From Pseudomonadota bacterium (GTDB taxonomy: Bacteria > Bdellovibrionota > Bdellovibrionia > Bdellovibrionales > SG-bin7): DNA of 64,000 bases. The DNA is taken from positions 9,199 through 73,198 of the forward strand of contig JAWXAY010000027.1 in the NCBI GenBank assembly GCA_034439715.1, written 5' to 3'. The position numbers were made by a program, and so were the translations under genes. Shown piece after piece: positions 1-9,308 of this stretch. How positions within the stretch are numbered: the first letter of the stretch is position 1; each line of letters begins with the position of its first letter. The notes below the pieces were generated by a model. The model did no database searches. It saw only the letters and a program-made list of their open reading frames with translations, and was not told where the DNA came from.

Positions 1-1
1 C

Positions 2-409
2 TCCAAGACCGAGGAGTACATTTTAGTTGCCGAGGACTCAGCTCCCAATCGCAATATTTTGGCACATCTTCTGAAACGATTTGGCTACCAAGTTTTGGAT
101 TGTGACGACGGCGAAAAGGCCTGGAAAACTCTAGAGAGCTCGCGAGATAAAAAAATTGTTGGGGTGTTCTCAGACATCATGATGCCCAACATGAGTGGCA
201 TCGAATTTTTAAAAAAAGTGCGGAGCGACAGTCAATATAAAACCATGATCTTCGTATTGATAACTGCTGTCACTGAGAAAGAATATATTACTGAAGCCAA
301 GGTATTAAATGTGAATGGGTACATTTTGAAGCCGGTCACATCTGAACGCGTGAAAAATAAATTGCGTGAGCTATATCCAACGAGAGAAATCCCGAAATTA
401 ACTGGTTGA
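2..409 (+). CDS. CheY-like single-domain response regulator (5' end runs off the window)
   Basis: Frame is open from position 2 (SKTEEYILVAEDSAPNR...). Receiver motifs present: acidic ED pair, FSDIMMPNMSG, LITA, YILKP. Confidence 0.9.
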   Translation, partial: SKTEEYILVAEDSAPNRNILAHLLKRFGYQVLDCDDGEKAWKTLESSRDKKIVGVFSDIMMPNMSGIEFLKKVRSDSQYKTMIFVLITAVTEKEYITEAKVLNVNGYILKPVTSERVKNKLRELYPTREIPKLTG

Positions 410-425
410 GGAACTTGCAGGTCCT

Positions 426-1316
426 ATGGAGAATAACGAAGCAGCATCGACAGATTTTTTATTGCAAAACTTGGAGTCTCTCCCAACTCTACCCATTATC
501 GTTTATGAACTTACCGAGTTAATAAATGACCCCATGTCTTCGACGGCTGAAATTGAAAAAGTAATGATTAATGACCAGAGTATGACAACCAAAGTGTTAC
601 GACTGGTCAATTCGGCATACTATGCAATTCCGGGTGGGGTAACTTCTGTTTCAAGAGCAATCGCTTATTTGGGTTTCGATACCGTAAACCAATTAGTGCT
701 CGGATCATCCATAATTGAATCACTTAAATGTGAAGATAACGAATATTTCAAGCTTGAACCCTTTTGGCAACATTCAGTGGGAGTGGCTATTGCGAGTGAA
801 ACTATCGCCAAACATATTAAATTAACTAAACAGACCGATATCTTCACGTCAGGATTAGTCCACGACATGGGAAAAATCGCTCTGGCAAACATTGCTCCTG
901 AAATTCTTGTTCAAACCTGCAAAATTGCCATAGAAGCAGGAATATCTATGGATGAAGCGGAAAAACAAATGGGGGCTCCTCAACACACTGAGGTGGGTGC
1001 ACTTCTGGCGAAAAAGTGGAAACTCCCAGGTCTCATTGAAAATGTCGTAAGACACCATCATCAAGCAGACTCCTTGCGCCGTGGTGGGGTCTCCAGCGAG
1101 ATGAATCAAACCGTTGATATCGTAATGTTAGCTAATCTCTTGATCCATGCCTTAAAGTTTGGATCTAGTGGACATAACAAAATTGAGGGCGCGCCCAAAT
1201 CTCTACTCGAACGCTTAAGCATTCAGCCCGACTTAATAAAGACTTTAATATTAAAAATCAAAGATAATTTACAGAGTGCTGACGGATTTCTAAGAGTCCT
1301 CGGCACCAAGGGTTAG
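426..1316 (+). CDS. HDOD domain signalling protein
   Basis: LPTLP...IEKVMINDQSMTTKVLRLVNSAYY, FWQHSVGVA, GLVHDMGK, HTEVGALLAKKWKLP, HHH. Confidence 0.9.
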   Translation: MENNEAASTDFLLQNLESLPTLPIIVYELTELINDPMSSTAEIEKVMINDQSMTTKVLRLVNSAYYAIPGGVTSVSRAIAYLGFDTVNQLVLGSSIIESLKCEDNEYFKLEPFWQHSVGVAIASETIAKHIKLTKQTDIFTSGLVHDMGKIALANIAPEILVQTCKIAIEAGISMDEAEKQMGAPQHTEVGALLAKKWKLPGLIENVVRHHHQADSLRRGGVSSEMNQTVDIVMLANLLIHALKFGSSGHNKIEGAPKSLLERLSIQPDLIKTLILKIKDNLQSADGFLRVLGTKG

Positions 1317-1325
1317 AAAAGAATC

Positions 1326-2534
1326 ATGGCCGATATAGACAAAAACAGTCCCCTATTTTCAACTATAGCTGAAGAAGCTATGATGGGTATTATGGCTTTT
1401 TCAGGTGAGCCACAACGTTGCATCTATATTAATAAACTAGCACGAGAGATCATTAGCCACACTTCTTCAATGCCCCTATCAGAGATTCTAGTTGACATGC
1501 TTTTTCCAAAAAAAATTACGGGAAATTCTCGCGTCTTTAGCGAAGAACTGTTGAAACACGAAGGATTGACTCAAGATCTCGTGCTATCAAAACTCAACGG
1601 TTCGAATTTTATGGCCAACATCGGCATTAAACATCTTACCGTAAATGGCCAAAACCAAATTCTCTTAATGTTTCAAGACACTACTTTTCAAAAAAAGTTG
1701 CAAAAAGAAATTGGTCTTAAACAAACTGAAATCAACAAGGCCTACAAAGACCTGTTAAAGCAGAATCAGCAATTAAAAGAGCTGGATTTGGCAAAAGATC
1801 GTTTTATTGCGCTCACCACTCACGAATTGCGCACTCCCGTATCAGCCATTGTGGCTACTACCGACGTGCTTGTTAATCATCTCTACGACGATGGTAAACA
1901 ACGCGATGGTTTTATTGTAACTCTCCATGAACAGAGCAACCAACTTTTGACACTCGTCAACGACATACTTGATTTTGCAAAAATCCAAGCGGGAAAAATG
2001 GAATACTATGTTGAGCTCAGTACTCTCAATGACGTACTGACGGAACAGACCAATCATTACAAAAACATGGGGGCCAAAGAAAATATATCTTTGGACTTTG
2101 AAAATCCCTCAAAAAAGGAGTGGAGGTGTTACTTCGACCAACTCCGACTCTCTCAGGTTATTGGCAACATCCTTAATAACGCCATTAAGTTTAATAAAGC
2201 AAATGGTAAGGTTTTAATTACCCTCGAAGAAGACGAGGCTCAAAATTTTTCAATTATTTGCATAACCGATACTGGACGCGGAATCGACGCCGCCAGTATG
2301 GAAAAAGTCTTCAACGAGTTTGAAACTGTTACCGAAGTGAGTCGACACCATAAAGGAACCGGATTAGGCATGCCAATTTCTAAGCGAATCATTGAAAGTA
2401 TGGGCGGATTAATTTCGGTGGTGAGTGAACTCAATGTGGGTTCTACATTTAAAATTCATATCCCCAACAAAAAAGTATTGCCAGTAGAGTTTTACCGCAA
2501 GCGCCCTGATATGGAAGAAGACTTAGTCGCATAA
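1326..2534 (+). CDS. Cytoplasmic sensor histidine kinase (PAS-like, HisKA, HATPase)
   Basis: H-box THELRTP, N-box NILNNAIKF, G1 DTGRGI, G2 GTGLGMPI. Confidence 0.92.
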   Translation: MADIDKNSPLFSTIAEEAMMGIMAFSGEPQRCIYINKLAREIISHTSSMPLSEILVDMLFPKKITGNSRVFSEELLKHEGLTQDLVLSKLNGSNFMANIGIKHLTVNGQNQILLMFQDTTFQKKLQKEIGLKQTEINKAYKDLLKQNQQLKELDLAKDRFIALTTHELRTPVSAIVATTDVLVNHLYDDGKQRDGFIVTLHEQSNQLLTLVNDILDFAKIQAGKMEYYVELSTLNDVLTEQTNHYKNMGAKENISLDFENPSKKEWRCYFDQLRLSQVIGNILNNAIKFNKANGKVLITLEEDEAQNFSIICITDTGRGIDAASMEKVFNEFETVTEVSRHHKGTGLGMPISKRIIESMGGLISVVSELNVGSTFKIHIPNKKVLPVEFYRKRPDMEEDLVA

Positions 2535-2549
2535 AGGAAGTCAGAACAA

Positions 2550-2981
2550 ATGTTTGCTAAAGAGGCCAAAATTCTTATCGTAGATGATATGACCAGCATT
2601 CGCGATTTGGTTCGTGTTTCTTTAAACAAACTGGGGTACGAAAACATCACCGAAGCCCAAGATGGAATGCAGGCCTTGGAAATGATTAAGTCACAGAAAA
2701 AATTAGGGCGTCAATATGATCTCGTACTTTGCGACTGGAACATGCCAAGGATGATGGGAATCGATCTGTTAAAAACCGTTCGGCGAGATCCCGAATGGGA
2801 GTTTCTGCCGTTTATTCTCGTCACTACTGAATCTGAAAAAATCAATATACTAGAGGCCATTGCCTCTGGCGTATCCGACTATATCGTCAAGCCATTTTCG
2901 GTAACCGTGTTGCAAAACAAAATGGCCAGCGTCCACAAAAGACTTATAGAAACGTTAAAAAAAGGAAGGCCAGTAAGTTAA
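2550..2981 (+). CDS. CheY-like response regulator
   Basis: ILIVDD, LCDWNMPRMMG, VTTES, DYIVKPF. Confidence 0.92.
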   Translation: MFAKEAKILIVDDMTSIRDLVRVSLNKLGYENITEAQDGMQALEMIKSQKKLGRQYDLVLCDWNMPRMMGIDLLKTVRRDPEWEFLPFILVTTESEKINILEAIASGVSDYIVKPFSVTVLQNKMASVHKRLIETLKKGRPVS

Positions 2982-4360
2982 ATATTTCCGAAGGTTCCCT
3001 GGCTCATTCCCACCTTGGCAGGTAATTTAAACTTCTGAGCAATGGTTGCTAGTAAATCAGTGTGTCGGGCACCATTCATATTTAGTAATTTTCCCGGCAC
3101 GTGGCCCGCTCCACGACCTGCCAATATCATCGGTACTCTTCTGAGGTCATGATTATGGGGATCACCCATACCGGTTCCAAACATTAGCAAGGTTGAATTC
3201 AGCAATGGGCCATTCACATCAGAAGTATTTTTCAACTTACCAAGTAGATATGCAAACTGAGCAGCTTCCCACCTTTTAAAGGTATTCATGACGGGCCTGT
3301 ATACAGTAGCGTTATCAAGATAGTGGGAGGCATCATGATGGCGAACTGTTGAACCATTTGCGCCTTCGTAATAAAATACGTTTTCGTAGGAGTGCTCTAC
3401 CGTCAACATAAAACTTGAAACTCGAGTAATATCACATTGAAAGGCTATTGTAAGCATATCAGCCATGTTGCGAGCTCGCTGATTAATGACGGGATTTGTA
3501 TAACCATCACCACCATTGTTGGCATCAGAGATATAAGAAGGATTATTAGGAACGGTACAGATAACTTGTGAGCTAGGGACTTCGGCCGCCACTCTCCTTT
3601 GAACTTCGTTTACAGAAGTAAAAAATTCGTCAAGCTTTTGCTTGTCACTAGCACCCAAACGTGAATTTAGTTTTTGTATATCACCTAAGACGTCATCTAA
3701 AATACTCTTTTTCTGCGCAGCACGAGCAAGTGCCGCGGCATTTGATTGCGTCGGGATTCCGTTAGAAAATAAATAATCAAATACGGATTTCGAACTTACA
3801 AACCGTGGCGTCTGTGTGGTTTGATTAGTCCACGAAATGTTTGTCAGATACTGGTGGCTCCCTCTTGCAGAGCTCCCCCCTGCATATAAATAGTTGGGAT
3901 GACAACCCATAACTAAAGATTTTTTATTGTTGGGAGTAGCTTGCGCAATCATTTGGTCTAACGAACTTCCGGCTCCGTAAAGGGCCACACGAGTTGCTCG
4001 ATTGGGCCAATCGTATGTTTGTCCAGTGAGATAAGCAGTACTTGCTTGCCAGTGTGCCGTAGTGCCATCCATTCTATAGCCAAATAAGCCAGCGTCGTTA
4101 ATGAGACCCTGAATGGGAGTAATGTCGGCTTTAAAAGGTAATAGTCCTAGAAGATTTTGTGGCAGTGTCCAGTTATTCTCTGTGCCAGTACAATTCCAAT
4201 CTATAACTCCATTGCCAAAATAAATAGCCACGAATCTTTGTGGAACGCCAGCAGCTTGGGCAAAGGCTCTTAGGGGCAGCATTACCTCTAAAAATGGTAA
4301 CGCTATAAGAGTTCCTGCTCCTCTTAAAAATGTACGTCTATCTAGTGGTTTATTTCTCAT
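2978..4360 (-). CDS. Tat-exported DUF1552 (HXXSHH-family) protein, module A
   Basis: Twin-arginine DRRTFLRGAG...LPFLEVM, signal ending AFA-Q, KSILD, LGASDKQKLDEF, AFQCDITRV, HHDASHY, PMILAG. Confidence 0.85.
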   Translation of the reverse strand: MRNKPLDRRTFLRGAGTLIALPFLEVMLPLRAFAQAAGVPQRFVAIYFGNGVIDWNCTGTENNWTLPQNLLGLLPFKADITPIQGLINDAGLFGYRMDGTTAHWQASTAYLTGQTYDWPNRATRVALYGAGSSLDQMIAQATPNNKKSLVMGCHPNYLYAGGSSARGSHQYLTNISWTNQTTQTPRFVSSKSVFDYLFSNGIPTQSNAAALARAAQKKSILDDVLGDIQKLNSRLGASDKQKLDEFFTSVNEVQRRVAAEVPSSQVICTVPNNPSYISDANNGGDGYTNPVINQRARNMADMLTIAFQCDITRVSSFMLTVEHSYENVFYYEGANGSTVRHHDASHYLDNATVYRPVMNTFKRWEAAQFAYLLGKLKNTSDVNGPLLNSTLLMFGTGMGDPHNHDLRRVPMILAGRGAGHVPGKLLNMNGARHTDLLATIAQKFKLPAKVGMSQGTFGNI

Positions 4361-4361
4361 A

Positions 4362-6041
4362 TTATTCTCCCCTGCTATCGGTGCGGTTCATTCGAAACTG
4401 CTCACTCAATACAATAGAAACAACTAAATCCAAAAATGATTTTTCTGGCTGCACGGCAGAGTCGCCGATCACAGATAGGGCACATTGATCAGTGGAAGCG
4501 ATCGTACGCCCTAGCGCATATGTCATCAGTTTTTTAGTGATACATTTTTTAAAATCTTTTTCTTGCCGCAAAATATTTAAAAGATCTGCACTATCTCTAA
4601 AACTTTTGCCACGTAGAGCACCGCTAGGATCAATAACTAAACCATTTAAATAAGTTTGTCGAAAGCGTCCAATCTGGTCAAAATTTTCTAATCCCAGGCC
4701 CAGTTGATCCATATCCACATGGCAACCGGCACAAGCAACTGATTTAGTGTGATTTGCGAGCCTTTGTTTTAATGTTAATGTTCCTGAGTCGTTTCCATCC
4801 AGCGGAGTAACAGTTAGGCCGTCAGGAAAAGGTGGGGGTGGTGTGCAGGTGATGTTCTCTAAGATTGCATTGCCCCGAGCTGTTGGTTTAGAGCGATCAT
4901 CGGCAGAATTGAGAGTCAAAAAAGCACCTTGTGTTAAGAGGCCCCGGCGAGGAGTTCCAGCAATGTTCACCTTTTGAAATTGAGGCCCCGCAACTCCTGA
5001 TATCCCGTAATGATTGGCAAGACCTTCATTAATATAAGAATAGTCGGCAGAAATAAAATCCATCGGCGATCCACTGCCTTGAATAATAGCGGCCGTAAAT
5101 GTTTCCGTCTCTGTTTTCATGTCCCGTTGCATTTGAAGTGTCAACCCAGTACGAGTTGCAATATCACTAGTGAGCCCACGGGTTCCAATCCACTGCCCCA
5201 CAAAACTTTCGTTAAAGCGCAGCGCTTTTGGATCTTTAAGCATTCGCGTAACTTCGGCCTTCACGGCATCAACGGTGCTTAATTTGTCTTGGTCAGCTAA
5301 AGCTAGTAGCTTTTCGTCAGGCGGACTGTTCCATAAGAAATACGCCAAGCGGGTCACAAACTCATGGGGCGTTAGCAATGCTATACCAGTTGGGGCTCCT
5401 GCCTTGCCAAACGAAGTGCGAAATAAAAATAAAGGAGACATCAAAATACGCTGATAGGCGAGGCCCACCGCATCTCTAAAAACAGCACCACTTACTAGCT
5501 GCTTTGAAACAAAACCAACCAATTGATCGACCTCAGCGCTGGCTAATGAACGACGATAAGCTTTGCGCCCGAATGATTGCACCAAAATTTTTGCGCAAAC
5601 GGGATTGGAAACTACCTGACCAGCAACTGGGTCGCACTTAAAAGTTTCCGGGCGACTTATCATTGAAGCTGTAACACTAGTCTCTATAATCTTCATCAGT
5701 TCATAGAGATATATGGAATTTAAAGTCAAGAAACTGGCGTTATTTGAGAAGCCCTCGGTGCTAGTTATATCAGTGGGAATACTATTAGTGGCTACACCAC
5801 CCAGCCCCAAAATATCTCTTAGTGAGTTTGCGAACTCATCCTTATTAAGTCTTCGCAACAATGTTTTGCCAGGGTCAGTGGTCGAACACATTATCGTAGG
5901 ATTGTTCGCAGGGTCATTATATTTTCCGTCAAGGCTGCTAAGGCTAGAATTACTAGAATCTCTTGTGGCTTTATACCCGCCGCAATTTTGAAAACTCAGA
6001 ATTATACCAAGCGTAGAAACTATCAAAGTGTATTTTTTCAA
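4362..6041 (-). CDS. Lipoprotein with DUF1587/1595/1592/1588/1585-type domains and one CxxCH heme site, module A
   Basis: Likely TTG start at 6041 behind SD GGGGGA (ORF track starts at 6080). LSFQNC signal, LRRLNKDEF, RLAYFLWNSPPD, RRGLLTQGAFL, CAGCH, YALGR. Confidence 0.85.
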   Translation of the reverse strand: MKKYTLIVSTLGIILSFQNCGGYKATRDSSNSSLSSLDGKYNDPANNPTIMCSTTDPGKTLLRRLNKDEFANSLRDILGLGGVATNSIPTDITSTEGFSNNASFLTLNSIYLYELMKIIETSVTASMISRPETFKCDPVAGQVVSNPVCAKILVQSFGRKAYRRSLASAEVDQLVGFVSKQLVSGAVFRDAVGLAYQRILMSPLFLFRTSFGKAGAPTGIALLTPHEFVTRLAYFLWNSPPDEKLLALADQDKLSTVDAVKAEVTRMLKDPKALRFNESFVGQWIGTRGLTSDIATRTGLTLQMQRDMKTETETFTAAIIQGSGSPMDFISADYSYINEGLANHYGISGVAGPQFQKVNIAGTPRRGLLTQGAFLTLNSADDRSKPTARGNAILENITCTPPPPFPDGLTVTPLDGNDSGTLTLKQRLANHTKSVACAGCHVDMDQLGLGLENFDQIGRFRQTYLNGLVIDPSGALRGKSFRDSADLLNILRQEKDFKKCITKKLMTYALGRTIASTDQCALSVIGDSAVQPEKSFLDLVVSIVLSEQFRMNRTDSRGE

Positions 6042-6071
6042 GGGTCCCCCGGACGTAGTACGTACCCATTT

Positions 6072-6117
6072 AGGATACAAGGACCCTATTTATAATTCAT
6101 TGAGTATTAATGAGCCA
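6072..6117 (-). promoter_or_regulatory. TGAG-N6-TGAG box plus -10 element upstream of module A
   Basis: TGAGTATTAATGAGCCA at 6101-6117 (+). Minus-strand TATCCT at 6072-6077 is 25 bp from the box, the same spacing as at three other sites. Confidence 0.7.
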
Positions 6118-6149
6118 TACTAGTTGTCATCTCATCTAGAGACGCTGCA

Positions 6150-6629
6150 CTATATGGTGGGCACCTGGGTGCATCGTTGCAAATCAAGGGGATCAGTTGT
6201 AAGAGGGCCTCGCCAGACTCCATCAGTTCCGAGAGCTTGGAAACAAGTAAAAGTAGTCGCCGGTTCAGGCCAAATAAGATTTACGGTGTAGGGCGAATTA
6301 AATGGAGCGATAAGATTGATCCAGCCGCCCGAGTTATTATAGTTGAAACGAAGCCCTTGCACTGGTCCGCTGAGAGTAACCTTGGCCCCAGTGGCGGTCG
6401 CAACAACACCCATGACATAGGCCGGAGTATTTGGTGGCGGCAAAACGGGTGGTGGAGGCGGAGGCGGCGGCTCGGTGGGCGGTGGTTCGATCGGGGGGCC
6501 CACTAATTCCCCTTCACTGTTTAGCTCGAGAGAGCCTTTCAAAATACCTGAATCGTTTGCACAATTATTGTAGCTCAACACCAGGAAGGCACATAAAATC
6601 ACAGTGAAAATACTATTTGATTTTCCCAT
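6150..6629 (-). CDS. Proline-rich putative lipoprotein
   Basis: LSYNNC signal, poly-Pro linker, small C-terminal domain with two Cys. Confidence 0.7.
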   Translation of the reverse strand: MGKSNSIFTVILCAFLVLSYNNCANDSGILKGSLELNSEGELVGPPIEPPPTEPPPPPPPPVLPPPNTPAYVMGVVATATGAKVTLSGPVQGLRFNYNNSGGWINLIAPFNSPYTVNLIWPEPATTFTCFQALGTDGVWRGPLTTDPLDLQRCTQVPTI

Positions 6630-6639
6630 CTCATGTATC

Positions 6640-6667
6640 CTTTCGGCGCAACCTAGACTTTCCTATA
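6640..6667 (-). promoter_or_regulatory. sigma28-like promoter
   Basis: TATAGGAA-N12-GCCGAAAG just upstream of the 6629 start. Confidence 0.5.
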
Positions 6668-6720
6668 GGAATAAATTAAATAATATTTGAAAAGTCTGTG
6701 TCATTTTGAGACACAGAACA

Positions 6721-7560
6721 CTAGATACAAGGATTATTGTGATTGTTGGGTAGCTTAAAATTATTAGGCTTCACCACTTGCCAACCTCGGCTAAGCAAGC
6801 TGTTAAAATTTGCCGTTGGCTGCTGATTTTGAGGGTCAAACCAAGTTTCATTTCCGGTGACCCCACATAGTGGTTCTGAGGGCGGCACAGTGCCATTTAC
6901 TTTTCGCCATAACATCATGAGAGCGATGTGGTAACGAGGGCCTTGAAAATATTTAAGGCGAATGGGCAATCGCGTATCTGCGTTCATTTGTAGAGTCGTA
7001 GCTCCACAGCCCAGGCGCGTCGGATGATTGCCATCGTTATTAACTATAGTCGAATAAGCGTCACTAGATATTTTAGCATCTAATATTGATCCATCGTCAG
7101 AGAGCAATGCAACTTGATAATTGCCTGGCACGTTTTGGTTCGTAAGTCTTAATTCACTATAGATGTCGAGTGCGAAGTATTCGATCAATACTTTATTTTG
7201 TTCATCCCTAACAAAATCTCCGCCATCGATTAGGAATCCCACATCAAACATACGCGTGGGAACATTTAACTGAGAGAGAAACAACGGATTATTTGACCTG
7301 TGTCCAAAAGAAATAAATTCGTCAACCGATTTATAGCGCGGCTGGCTCTGATCTAAATAATAAATATCGCTCTGTAAACCTGAGTCAGGATCGATGGGAT
7401 CAGTGCCTATATCACATATCGGAGGGTTAGAAAAAGGCGTGACAGGCCCGTTTACCTTATTGGCACTTGTCGAAAACTTGACACCCGCACATCCAGTTGT
7501 CAGACATACGGTTCCTATACATAGCGCCAACCTTAAAATACTCTGGGGGGATCTCTTCAT
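6721..7560 (-). CDS. PA14-like domain lipoprotein
   Basis: LTTGC lipobox. EYFALD, YQVALLSDDGSIL, NNDGNH, IRLKYFQGPRYHIALMMLW. Confidence 0.75.
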   Translation of the reverse strand: MKRSPQSILRLALCIGTVCLTTGCAGVKFSTSANKVNGPVTPFSNPPICDIGTDPIDPDSGLQSDIYYLDQSQPRYKSVDEFISFGHRSNNPLFLSQLNVPTRMFDVGFLIDGGDFVRDEQNKVLIEYFALDIYSELRLTNQNVPGNYQVALLSDDGSILDAKISSDAYSTIVNNDGNHPTRLGCGATTLQMNADTRLPIRLKYFQGPRYHIALMMLWRKVNGTVPPSEPLCGVTGNETWFDPQNQQPTANFNSLLSRGWQVVKPNNFKLPNNHNNPCI

Positions 7561-7596
7561 TATTTTCCTCTAATCTTTCCTAATAGTATATTTAAC

Positions 7597-7612
7597 TGCA
7601 AAAAAAAGGCCA
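7597..7612 (-). promoter_or_regulatory. Possible sigma54 -24/-12 promoter for the PA14 gene
   Basis: Minus strand TGGCCTTTTTTTTGCA (GG-N10-GC), about 37 nt upstream of ATG 7560. Confidence 0.45.
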
Positions 7613-7649
7613 CATCTCTGGGTGGGTGGGAGAGACTTGTGACTCTATT
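7600..7649 (-). ncRNA. Candidate small RNA, copy 1 (C-rich loop hairpin plus U8 tail)
   Basis: Hairpin at 7609-7643 with loop CCCACCCACCC and U-tract at 7600-7607. Upstream -10 TAGTAT (7656-7661) and box at 7685-7701. Paralog at 26249-26299. Confidence 0.55.
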
Positions 7650-7655
7650 TTATTA

Positions 7656-7715
7656 ATACTACGTGGTTCAAATGGTGAATTAAATGAGTATTAATGAGCC
7701 ATTGAACAATGGCTC
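7656..7715 (-). promoter_or_regulatory. TGAG-N6-TGAG box plus -10 element in front of sRNA copy 1
   Basis: TGAGTATTAATGAGCCA at 7685-7701, extended by inverted repeat GAGCCATTG-AA-CAATGGCTC. 25 bp to -10 TAGTAT. Confidence 0.7.
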
Positions 7716-7741
7716 GAATTGAAAATATTTTTTTAAAGGAA

Positions 7742-9307
7742 TTAAGCCCTTAACAAAAAGTTCAGCTCTGGCGCGGGTTGAACATCCGAATAGCTGTTAT
7801 AAACCGCAGCCGGGATTCCTAATGATTTGGCGACTGTTTTCCAAACGCTGGCACCAGAAACTCGCCCGCTGTTATCAGTAGAACCATTGGCCATAGTAAC
7901 GCCATTAGCATCAGGCCTATGATAACTAAATGTGTAACTCGTACCATTATTCGCCGCTATGCGGATATCTCCGTAATAACCACCTCTTATTCGACCACCA
8001 GCGAGAACTACGGCATTTTTACCGCGATCACCGAACGATTCACATTCAATACCTCGGCCACCGTCGGTGGTATAAATTGCAATCAGTGTTCGATCGTAAA
8101 CGCCTCGGGCTTTAAGTGTCTCGATAAGTCGAGCTAACGGAAGTGCAAACTGCTTAGACTGCGCTAGCATGGCTGCTTCTGGACGTGAACCGTGAACATC
8201 TCCGTAACAAAATTCCAAAGCCACGGTCCGCAAAGCTGCTGCCGAAACAAGTTTTGCTGCGTAAGCCGCTTGTTCCCAAATTGAGGCCACTGAACCACCA
8301 AAAGTAGTAAAACCCACATCAGGTACACCGGAACTCCAATACTGTCTTTCTAGAGCAGTCAGATTTAAATTTAGAGCAGTAGTAGGCCGCGCTAACTTAG
8401 AATTAAAGTTTTGTATTTGGGTTAAGTGATCACTCGAAGCCAAGTCAGTATATTTAAGTCTATTTAAAAAACTCGCATCCACTCTGTTCAACAATCTTGT
8501 AACTAAATCTTTTTGTTGAGCCAAAATGGAAGTGGCACTAGTCACATTGGCAAAGTTACTCAACAAAGTAGGCGTATCCGTAATTCTGTCAATTTGTGCG
8601 TCTACTAAATTAGCGGCGTGATGGTAAATGGCATGTTTACGGTCGCCGCGACCTAAACCCTTATAGGCAATTCCACGTCTTAAATTTCGATCGAGTTGCC
8701 TTTGATGAAAATTATGAAGAATGGCTGAGGTCGGCGTAGCACTGTAATGTCGCTCATTGCCGCCAAAGTCTCCCGCTTGAATAGCTGGTGAGAACTGACC
8801 GTCAATGTTCCACATTGACGTGCGTCCCGCACCTGCGTTGTAGTTTCGCCCTGGAGAACGTAAAGCGTTTGCCGCCTCATGGCCATGAATCGTTCCCATA
8901 GATAGCTCACCCACTTCGATAACGGCAATTGAATCCAAATGAGGAATCAAAGAAAGTCCATCTGTACCAAGATAAAAATTATTGCCACCTCTTCGCAAAG
9001 TATTAGGATCCTGTGACAATGCCACATTTCGGCCTGTGAAACCCCGACGAAGATTCGGATAAGTCGCGAGGCCCGGCGCCACAATGGCATTTAAAAAATC
9101 GAATTGATCTCGTAAATTAATTTCTATAAAATTTGTAGGAATTGTACTTTCAAAACTTTGAGCGTAGGCCTCGCCCATAACTATATCCAAGCAACCAAAA
9201 CGTAGCGCTGGGGGCACAAATGGTGAAGCCAAGACTAGTCCCAATATTTTTAAGAACTGTCGACGTTCTGTAATAGGCATTCTCTCAAAATCTAAAGGTT
9301 TTTTCAT
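7742..9307 (-). CDS. Tat-exported DUF1501-like protein, module B
   Basis: Probable ATG at 9307. ERRQFLK, signal ending AYA-Q, YGDVHG, LKARGVYDRTLIAIYTTDGGRG, VLAGGRIRGGYYG. Confidence 0.7.
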   Translation of the reverse strand: MKKPLDFERMPITERRQFLKILGLVLASPFVPPALRFGCLDIVMGEAYAQSFESTIPTNFIEINLRDQFDFLNAIVAPGLATYPNLRRGFTGRNVALSQDPNTLRRGGNNFYLGTDGLSLIPHLDSIAVIEVGELSMGTIHGHEAANALRSPGRNYNAGAGRTSMWNIDGQFSPAIQAGDFGGNERHYSATPTSAILHNFHQRQLDRNLRRGIAYKGLGRGDRKHAIYHHAANLVDAQIDRITDTPTLLSNFANVTSATSILAQQKDLVTRLLNRVDASFLNRLKYTDLASSDHLTQIQNFNSKLARPTTALNLNLTALERQYWSSGVPDVGFTTFGGSVASIWEQAAYAAKLVSAAALRTVALEFCYGDVHGSRPEAAMLAQSKQFALPLARLIETLKARGVYDRTLIAIYTTDGGRGIECESFGDRGKNAVVLAGGRIRGGYYGDIRIAANNGTSYTFSYHRPDANGVTMANGSTDNSGRVSGASVWKTVAKSLGIPAAVYNSYSDVQPAPELNFLLRA

Positions 9308-9308
9308 A

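Noticed and set aside
6101..6117. TGGCTCATTAATACTCA (minus strand) read as a sigma54 promoter
   Set aside because: It has TGGC but no GC at -12. The fixed distance to TAnnnT fits an activator site better.
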